DNA from: Nitrosopumilus zosterae
GTDB lineage: Archaea; Thermoproteota; Nitrososphaeria; Nitrososphaerales; Nitrosopumilaceae
Assembly: GCF_025998175.1 (NCBI RefSeq)
Contig: NZ_AP026695.1
Location: 962,760 to 994,759, forward strand
Direction: 5' to 3'
Length of the DNA: 32,000 bases
The position numbers and the translations under genes were made by a program. The notes beneath the pieces were generated by a model, which was given only the letters and a program-made list of their open reading frames with translations, was not told the origin of the DNA and searched no databases. Shown here in pieces: positions 23,391-30,000 of this stretch. Every line of letters begins with the position of its first letter. Within the stretch, counting starts at the first letter, position 1.

Positions 23391-24989
23391 TCATTCTTTT
23401 GCTGTTTTCTTGCTAGAGGATTTTTTACTAGGTTTTAATTTTTTCTCTATAGATTTCAGCTTTTTGTTTTTGTCATCAATTTGTTTTTTGATTTTTTCCT
23501 GTTCAGATTTTAGTTTTTGATTTTTGATTTTTATTTGCTGTTCAATTTTGTCACGTTTCTTTTTTAGGGATTCAAATAATTTTTCTTCTTTTTTAAGTTG
23601 TGTGTTTAATTTAATTTGTGATTTTAATTTGTCTTTTTCTTCTTGAGTCTTTTTTAATATTAGTTCTTTTTCTTTGGATATTGTACTGATTAAGTTTAGC
23701 CGTTTTTCTTTGGCAGAAATCAATTCTTTTTCTTGTTTTTTAAGAATTTTTTCAAGTTTTTCAGATTCTGTAAATTGTGCCTTTTCTTGATTAACTTGTG
23801 AAACAATATCTTCGTAATCTTTCTTGGTTTGTTCGAATTCTGCTTGTCTTAATTTGATGTCGTGTGCGATTTTGGCCTGTTCTGCCAGGCGTGATTTTTG
23901 CTCCTCAGCCATTTGTGCTAGCAACATCTGTTCTTTTTGAACCTGTTTTTCAATTTCTTCTTGGTCAAGTTGTGCTTGAATCAGTTGTTTTTTTTGCTCA
24001 TTTAGTTCTCTTGTGATTTTAGTTTTCTCAACATCAATTTTTTTAATTATTTGCTCTCTTTCCTTTTTTACGTTAGCTAATTCTTCCTTTTGAGAGATAA
24101 TTTCTTGTGACAGTTTTGTTTGGGCTTCGATTCTTAGTCTTTCATCTTTAATTTGTGATTCAAGAGAGGATTTTTCATGAGTGATTTTTTGCTCATATTC
24201 TTTTCTATGAGATATTAACTGTGTTAATTTTGAACGCTGATGATTTATTTCGTCAGAAATCTTTTCTTGTTGTTCAATTTTTGCCTCTTCATTTTTTATA
24301 TCGGCATTTATTTCTGTTAGTTCATTAGAATTATTTTTTGGACTCCATCCTTTTGGCATGCTACCCCTAATCTCTGTTTTTGGTTCAATAGTAGAAACAA
24401 TTTCTTTTGGAGGTGGTGAAGAAACAATTTCTTTTGGAGGTGGTGAAGAAACAATTTCTTTTGGAGGTGGTGAAGAAACAATTTCTTTTGGAGGTGGTGA
24501 AGAAACAATTTCTTTTGGAGGTGGTGAAGAAACAATTTCTTTTGGAGGTGGTGAAGAAACAATTTCTTTTGGAGGTGGTGAAGAAACAATTTCTTTTGGA
24601 GGTGGTGAAAGTACTTTCTTTTCTTCTACAGATTTAATTTGAGGATCTGAGTTTAATTTTGACTCAAGGTAAGACACGTCGGAATGATAAAGGGATTTGT
24701 TACTTTCAAGCGTGTCATAGATATGTTGCAATCTCCCAGGATCTCCTTTTCCTGAATCAATCAGTTCTTGAATTTTTGGAAGAAGATCATTTTCTTTTTT
24801 AACTGAATCGTCATAAATTGAAAATGAAGAATCCAACTTACTTTCTAAATAGACCTGATCTGAGTGATACAGAGGACGGCTACTTTTCAAATATTCAAGT
24901 ATATGATACAATCTGCCTGCATCACCATTACCAGTATCAATTAATGACTCTACTTTTTGAATTGTTTCTGTCAGGGTCAGTTGTTTCAA
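23391..24989 (-). CDS. long coiled-coil protein with a duplicated N-terminal motif, an (SSPPPKEIV)x8 linker and a basic tail
   Basis: 532-aa ORF. The C-terminal roughly 310 aa are K/E/Q-rich heptad-like sequence. No TM helix or signal peptide seen. Confidence 0.8.
   Translation of the reverse strand: MKQLTLTETIQKVESLIDTGNGDAGRLYHILEYLKSSRPLYHSDQVYLESKLDSSFSIYDDSVKKENDLLPKIQELIDSGKGDPGRLQHIYDTLESNKSLYHSDVSYLESKLNSDPQIKSVEEKKVLSPPPKEIVSSPPPKEIVSSPPPKEIVSSPPPKEIVSSPPPKEIVSSPPPKEIVSSPPPKEIVSSPPPKEIVSTIEPKTEIRGSMPKGWSPKNNSNELTEINADIKNEEAKIEQQEKISDEINHQRSKLTQLISHRKEYEQKITHEKSSLESQIKDERLRIEAQTKLSQEIISQKEELANVKKEREQIIKKIDVEKTKITRELNEQKKQLIQAQLDQEEIEKQVQKEQMLLAQMAEEQKSRLAEQAKIAHDIKLRQAEFEQTKKDYEDIVSQVNQEKAQFTESEKLEKILKKQEKELISAKEKRLNLISTISKEKELILKKTQEEKDKLKSQIKLNTQLKKEEKLFESLKKKRDKIEQQIKIKNQKLKSEQEKIKKQIDDKNKKLKSIEKKLKPSKKSSSKKTAKE
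24394..24609 (-). repeat. 8 perfect tandem copies of a 27-nt unit (plus strand gaaacaatttcttttggaggtggtgaa), in frame in the coiled-coil gene
   Basis: Units start at 24394, 24421, 24448, 24475, 24502, 24529, 24556 and 24583. They were read as identical. Confidence 0.95.
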
Positions 24990-25182
24990 ATCGTTGCCAC
25001 TCTTTTGATTATTTTTTATATAATTTGGTAAAGATAACTGTTTAAAAAAAATTCACACGTACATGAATTTTAGGTGATTAAGATCCAAAATACAGCGCAG
25101 ATGGGTTATCCACGATATCAATATTCCAAGTATTTGATGTCAAGATATTGTTGTTTATTAATCAGAAATAATCATCGCTAAT

Positions 25183-25407
25183 ATGAAATCAGGATTTGCG
25201 GTAATTATCATTGGAATAATCATGTTTGTTGCTGGACTTGTGATGTTTTATTCAATAGAACTGGGTCAAACAAATCCTGTTTTGAGATTAGTAAAAAATA
25301 TTGGAACGTTCACAGGTCTTTTAGGAATGGGCGTAACGCTAGCTGGAATTTTATTAAACATAATTAACAAAAACCAACCACCCATCCAAGAAAATTCCGA
25401 AATCTGA
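25183..25407 (+). CDS. small two-TM membrane protein (74 aa)
   Basis: Two hydrophobic helices: FAVIIIGIIMFVAGLVMFY and FTGLLGMGVTLAGILLNII. Confidence 0.5.
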   Translation: MKSGFAVIIIGIIMFVAGLVMFYSIELGQTNPVLRLVKNIGTFTGLLGMGVTLAGILLNIINKNQPPIQENSEI

Positions 25408-25486
25408 CAATACAGATATTTTGTCATCTGAATCATTGTTTGAGACAATAACTAAATTATAATATGTAAAAAGAAAACATTTTGAA

Positions 25487-25912
25487 ATGTCTGAAAAAGT
25501 TTGGCTAGGCGCAATTTATTTGAAAGACGAGGGAGGATACGAGATAATCATAAAATCATTGAAACATTATAAAAACAGATTAAAAACGATGGGCAACAGC
25601 CCAGAACTAAAAAATGCCGCTGCAATGTTTGCATCTGTATTAAATCAGCAAGCAATGAAGACAATCCCGGTAATTGATGAAACAATTAAAAAAATTCAAG
25701 ACAATTTATCAGATATTCAATCTATCTCCAAATTAAGTGAAGACATATCATTTTTAGAAAAAGCCCTATCTTGTTATGAGGCGGACATCAACAAAGCAGA
25801 AGATACAGGGCACGAGTATTTTGTCAATCTAGTAGGAAACATGATAGAAGCAAGGAATGATCGAAAATCAATCAAAGTTGCATTACGTAAAATAAAACAG
25901 TTTTCAGAATAA
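25487..25912 (+). CDS. hypothetical helical protein (141 aa)
   Basis: Clean ORF with no motif recognised. Confidence 0.5.
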   Translation: MSEKVWLGAIYLKDEGGYEIIIKSLKHYKNRLKTMGNSPELKNAAAMFASVLNQQAMKTIPVIDETIKKIQDNLSDIQSISKLSEDISFLEKALSCYEADINKAEDTGHEYFVNLVGNMIEARNDRKSIKVALRKIKQFSE

Positions 25913-25914
25913 TC

Positions 25915-26160
25915 TTACAAACCTTGCAAATACCAGTCCAAGTAAGGAGTTAACGCTTTGCACTGTTTTATTTTTTCAGATTCATCGTCAATTTGCGTTA
26001 TCTTTTGAATTTTACCTTGAAGATACTCAGATGTCAGTTCACTTTTAAACTCAGGCATTATTTTGTTCAAGATTTCAAGAATTTCCTCAGAAGACGCACT
26101 CTCAAAATTTTTCATTATGCGAGTGATTTGTTCTTCCAGAGTCACAAAAGCTAGTCTCAA
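25915..26160 (-). CDS. hypothetical protein (81 aa)
   Basis: Last gene of a possible minus-strand three-gene unit (26457..27032, 26184..26411, 25915..26160). Confidence 0.4.
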   Translation of the reverse strand: MRLAFVTLEEQITRIMKNFESASSEEILEILNKIMPEFKSELTSEYLQGKIQKITQIDDESEKIKQCKALTPYLDWYLQGL

Positions 26161-26183
26161 AATCCCTTTATTATTTTATACAC

Positions 26184-26411
26184 CTAAAGAACATCATCGT
26201 CATTCCAAGTAAGACGAAATTTTCCAGTAACTCTAAACATGTTGAGTTTTCCGCCTTCCTTAAAGTTGAGTTTGTATGATTTGTGGGAGTCATCCTCAAT
26301 GTCTATACTTACACCATCTTTGATAGTCTGAAAAACAATTGGATTGTTTGAAATTTGCTTCCATTCATTCTCGGCAAAATCAAGATAGAACTTGGTGTAC
26401 AGCAACCCCAT
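26184..26411 (-). CDS. hypothetical protein (75 aa)
   Basis: Clean ORF 45 nt downstream of the wHTH gene on the same strand. Confidence 0.4.
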   Translation of the reverse strand: MGLLYTKFYLDFAENEWKQISNNPIVFQTIKDGVSIDIEDDSHKSYKLNFKEGGKLNMFRVTGKFRLTWNDDDVL

Positions 26412-26456
26412 GATGATTAATGCATCTACCTGAATAAATAACTAGATGAGACTAGT

Positions 26457-27032
26457 CTATTTCAATGAATTTTTGGGTAGGATTGATCCCAAATAACTTG
26501 TAATTGCCGGGAAAAGGATTTCAGAATCACGATCATTCCTCATTATCTCAAACACACTGTGGATTAATTGCTGAATTGTCAGATGTTCGTCACGATACAG
26601 GGTTTTTTTAGGATTTTTTGCAGCATCCAAAATGGTAAACCCATTGTCAGTCTCCAACAAGTTTCTCAGCAGTGAATTCACTGTGTTTATTTTCTCATCA
26701 ATATCCTTATGTGGAAAATCAGTGTTCAATCTCTTAATTTGTAACTTTAAATCATGAAAAGAATTTGTCGTATTTCTTTCAACTAAATGCTGAGATTTGG
26801 ATTCGTAATTATTTGAAGGCAAGTAAAATTTCATATTTGCTTTTGTTTGAACTGTGATGATCTCTTTTTCAATCAACATGTCTCGTGTCTTTTCAAATGT
26901 GGTTTTGGCCATAAATTCAGGAACAATCAATTTAATCAAGGCATTGTGATGCAGATTGGGATTGTTGCGGATCATCTGGAAAACTATCCTTTCACGCTCA
27001 TATGATTCCAGGTTAGGCTCATTATGACTCAT
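26457..27032 (-). CDS. winged-helix DNA-binding protein (191 aa)
   Basis: N-terminal ERERIVFQMIRNNPNLHHNALIKLIVPEFMAKTTFEKTRDMLIEKEIITV is wHTH-like. It has the same length and layout as 20571..21146. Confidence 0.55.
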   Translation of the reverse strand: MSHNEPNLESYERERIVFQMIRNNPNLHHNALIKLIVPEFMAKTTFEKTRDMLIEKEIITVQTKANMKFYLPSNNYESKSQHLVERNTTNSFHDLKLQIKRLNTDFPHKDIDEKINTVNSLLRNLLETDNGFTILDAAKNPKKTLYRDEHLTIQQLIHSVFEIMRNDRDSEILFPAITSYLGSILPKNSLK

Positions 27033-27160
27033 TTTATCTAGGTCGACCTATATTACAAAGGTTGTCTATAAATCAATGTCGGTAAAAATTCAGTGCTATT
27101 AACATCAAACAGAAATTTTGAAATTCACCATTATAATGCGCATTACAAGCAAAACGACAG

Positions 27161-27224
27161 ATAAATGGAAAAATGTCCATTTATTTTTCAAAAGCCAGGC
27201 ACGAATTAAATGGAGATAAATGGA
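27161..27224. promoter_or_regulatory. cluster of four copies of (A/T)TAAATGGA (one inverted), candidate operator array
   Basis: ATAAATGGA at 27161-69; its inverted copy TCCATTTAT at 27176-84; TTAAATGGA at 27206-14; ATAAATGGA at 27216-24. All lie in the divergent intergenic region next to the wHTH gene. Confidence 0.35.
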
Positions 27225-27420
27225 GATAAAAAAAATTTGAAAAAATGCCTGATGAGATTTGCCTGCAAAACGGAATCTATTGAAGATCGATAATCTTGCG
27301 ACATATTTGGGAATGATGTAGTCTAAAAAATACAAATAATTTTTACATCATAATACTGGCCAGTACCAAGTTCCAGAAATGAATGAGATCTTTTAATGCT
27401 AAAGACACCATTTAACATTA

Positions 27421-27936
27421 TTGCAAAACATGCACATGTTGTTCGGACTGACTGGAATTTTCTTTATTGGGCTGATTCCATATGGTATGTCCGACTCTGA
27501 TGAACAATATTTGCAACTCAAAGAAATCTATGATGAGCAAAGATGGAATCTTGAAAAAGAATTTGAGGAGAAATTCCAAGAATCAAGGAAATATTTTGAT
27601 GAGCAGAAACAGGCAATCCATGACAAAAATGAATCTGATTCCCCATTAACCCCTGAGCAAACTGATCAAATGCTCAAAGACATCTTTTTTGAATTCATAG
27701 AAAGGCAAGAGGAAATCAAAATTGAATACACATCCAGAGTAGACGCACTTAATGCAATGTTCAAAATAAAATTTGAACAATTCGGTAATGAAATGCCATT
27801 ATGGGTTGAAAAAGTGATGGAACTATGGCAGAAAGGAAAAATATCTGATGTTGAGTTTGTAAATTTTTTATCATTTGTGATCAACAATGACATAATCAAA
27901 CTAGAACAGTGGATATTTTCAGAGTATAATCATTAG
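27421..27936 (+). CDS. N-terminally anchored or secreted coiled-coil protein (171 aa)
   Basis: N-terminal hydrophobic segment (LFGLTGIFFIGLIPYG) followed by an E/K/Q-rich helical region. The TTG track start is uncertain; ATG codons follow 9 and 15 nt later. Confidence 0.5.
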   Translation: MQNMHMLFGLTGIFFIGLIPYGMSDSDEQYLQLKEIYDEQRWNLEKEFEEKFQESRKYFDEQKQAIHDKNESDSPLTPEQTDQMLKDIFFEFIERQEEIKIEYTSRVDALNAMFKIKFEQFGNEMPLWVEKVMELWQKGKISDVEFVNFLSFVINNDIIKLEQWIFSEYNH

Positions 27937-27961
27937 GGCAAACATCTTGATAGTAGAATTA

Positions 27962-28507
27962 ATGAAAAAGGCAAAAATTACACATTACAATCCAGACAAG
28001 CAGAACGACTTACATCAAAGGAGGGATTATTTATGACAGAGTTGACGATATAGGAAAAATTGAAATCTATGATAAAAAAATAAAGTTAAATTCGGATAGA
28101 AAGAGATGGTGGTTTTCTCAATTGGAATCACTAAATGATGAGAAATTCTGCGATTCCGTGCCTATTCCTATTGATATTGTGGGTTTTACTCCAAAAATGG
28201 TAAATTTGAGAAATCTCGAGGAATTGGACAGTTAGGAGACGAGACCATTATTCACAAGGATACCAAACTAGACTCAAAAGGAAGACTGGTGTATGAGTTT
28301 GAAAAGACTAGGGTGGGAACTATCAAGATGAATATCAAAAATCACACCCTTGATAAGATTGGATCATTTTCCACTGTAAAGAGAAACTTGAAACTTAACG
28401 GTGATAGGGGCCGGCATTGGTGGGGAAAACTAACGGATGTTAGATTGAATGAGAGGAATATCTCAACTCCTTTTTCGTTTCCTTTAGATGAACCTAAGAA
28501 CATTTGA
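27962..28507 (+). pseudogene. fragmented gene: three consecutive frame segments of one roughly 180-aa reading frame
   Basis: Segment 1 is 27962-28036 (frame 2). Segment 2 is open from 27966 to 28235 (frame 0, with no usable start). Segment 3 is open from 28175 to 28507 (frame 2, containing track ORF 28289..28507). The second junction coincides with an A5 run (28193-28197), where one extra A would restore ...VGFTPKNGKFEKSRGIGQLGDETII... Confidence 0.4.
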
Positions 28508-28591
28508 TGTTCATAGGGGTTATTCTAGGAAATTTTTTTGTTATGAATTTTCAATTACTTTAAATGAACTGAATTTTGTTCAGTTACCAAT

Positions 28592-28738
28592 ATGTCTAAA
28601 TGTCTTTATAAAAATTCCCAGTTTGAAACCATATGTACAAATGAAACAGATTTAGATTCCAAACTTTGTATATTTCATGATTTAAAATATTATCAAGAAC
28701 ATCCAGATGAAATCAGTGATGCTTTTCAAAAAAAATAG
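28592..28738 (+). CDS. 48-aa Cys-rich N-terminal fragment (MSKCLYKNSQFETICTNETDLDSKLCIFH...) of the downstream repeat protein
   Basis: Hand-translated. It ends at a TAG immediately after an A8 run. The downstream gene's frame is already open from 28720. Confidence 0.4.
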   Translation: MSKCLYKNSQFETICTNETDLDSKLCIFHDLKYYQEHPDEISDAFQKK

Positions 28739-28806
28739 AAAAATCACTTGAAGACAATACCGCCCTAAATTGTCAAGGATATCATCTAGTTAACGCTATA
28801 TGTTTT

Positions 28807-29925
28807 ATGATTAATTTTAACAATGATGTTGATTTTTCACATGCGCATTTTCATGGAATTCAAACAAGTATCACCCATGTACAATTCAACGGTACAAAAA
28901 CAAATTTCTCTCATGCAAAATTTGACACAGAATCAGTTTCTTTTTTGATGACTCACTTCAACGGCACAAATGTTGATTTCTCTTATACAAAATTCCATGG
29001 ATCAGAAGCAAGTTTCAACAGTACAAAATTTCATGCACAGAAGATAAATTTTGCTCATTCAGTATTTTTATCAGATAAAATTCTTTTTTATGAAGCATCT
29101 TTTATGGGAGAAATTAATTTTGGGCATGTTCAGTTTAACAATTTCACATCATTTGGCGATGCGATAATTGATAAAAATGCCGAAATTGAATTTAATTCTG
29201 ATTTATCTAAAGTTTCATTTTATAATGTAAAAATTGGAACTAACATGAAATTCGGACTATATACTAAATGGAACAAACAAAATAAAATTTATGATGAAAT
29301 AAGACTTGAAGAAAATGATTCTAATGGACTGAGATTAATTGCAGGCATAATTTCTCAATATCAGGGCCTTAGAGATAATTACGAATATAATTTCAATTAT
29401 GAAGACGCAGGAAAATTTTTCATAAGAGAGTCAGAAGTTTTGAGAAATTACGAAGACCCAAACCCTTTTGAAAATAAAACTACTTTTTCCAATAAACTCA
29501 AATCTGCATTTTCAAAATCTAAAAAAATAGAAGAAAAAAAATCCGAAGAAGAAATATTAAAAATTAAAAAGAAAAGTAGATTTCACAGATATGTTTCAAT
29601 TCCTTTTGTATACAAGCATATTGCAGATTATGGGGAGTCATACAAAAAGCCGCTTGGTATTTTGATAATAATTTTTACGTATACTATGCTGAGTAGTGCT
29701 GTTTTGCAGCATGTTGAAAATAATCTGGACATCTTAGATGCTTTCGCGTATGGTACTTCTAGAGCCCTTGGTGCATTTGTACCGTATCTTGATGTAGCAG
29801 ATACCACAGACAAGCCGTGGGATTATGCAGTTAAAGCAATCGCATTACCACTTACAGGTCTTTCATTCATTGCACTAAAGAGAAGATTTGAAAGAAAATA
29901 CAGAAACACAGTGTTAGGTAATTAA
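28807..29925 (+). CDS. pentapeptide-like beta-helix repeat protein with a C-terminal two-TM, channel-like domain
   Basis: About 10 repeats of a 12-residue unit (for example TNFSHAKFDTES, VDFSYTKFHGSE) with aromatic residues spaced 5+7. The C-terminus has YGESYKKPLGILIIIFTYTML and a second TM helix, as in membrane-tethered pentapeptide-repeat proteins. Confidence 0.7.
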   Translation: MINFNNDVDFSHAHFHGIQTSITHVQFNGTKTNFSHAKFDTESVSFLMTHFNGTNVDFSYTKFHGSEASFNSTKFHAQKINFAHSVFLSDKILFYEASFMGEINFGHVQFNNFTSFGDAIIDKNAEIEFNSDLSKVSFYNVKIGTNMKFGLYTKWNKQNKIYDEIRLEENDSNGLRLIAGIISQYQGLRDNYEYNFNYEDAGKFFIRESEVLRNYEDPNPFENKTTFSNKLKSAFSKSKKIEEKKSEEEILKIKKKSRFHRYVSIPFVYKHIADYGESYKKPLGILIIIFTYTMLSSAVLQHVENNLDILDAFAYGTSRALGAFVPYLDVADTTDKPWDYAVKAIALPLTGLSFIALKRRFERKYRNTVLGN

Positions 29926-30000
29926 TTTCCAACAAATCATACCATCGTCCTACGTTAGTCAATCTGGAAAATTTATGCGTAAAGAGGGGGGACTGCTTTT

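Noticed and set aside
24394-24609. Possible CRISPR array (regular 27-nt repeats)
   Set aside because: The units are directly adjacent with no spacers, they are in frame within a long ORF, and there is no leader or cas gene nearby.
24317-24642. Three repeat-derived ORFs (24317..24589 -, 24358..24642 +, 24407..24637 +)
   Set aside because: They are alternative-frame readings of the 27-nt tandem repeat (LFLHHLQKK, ISFGGGEET, LLEVVKKQF units). Only the 532-aa frame continues into non-repetitive sequence on both sides.
27105-27335. 76-aa minus-strand ORF in the 27033-27420 intergenic region
   Set aside because: Its Phe/Ile-rich composition derives from A/T-rich regulatory DNA. It spans the TAAATGGA motif cluster. 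It is more likely non-coding.
11112-29813. Other antisense track ORFs (11112..11330, 14598..14780, 21555..21836, 22763..23098, 23105..23293, 24818..25045, 25266..25448, 27666..27899, 29628..29813)
   Set aside because: Each lies inside or against a longer, better-supported ORF on the opposite strand and has no recognisable motif.
14766-29925. Integrated virus, plasmid or transposon interpretation of the island
   Set aside because: I could recognise no integrase, transposase, capsid, terminase or replication gene, no flanking tRNA and no terminal direct repeats. It is retained only as a flexible chromosomal island hypothesis.
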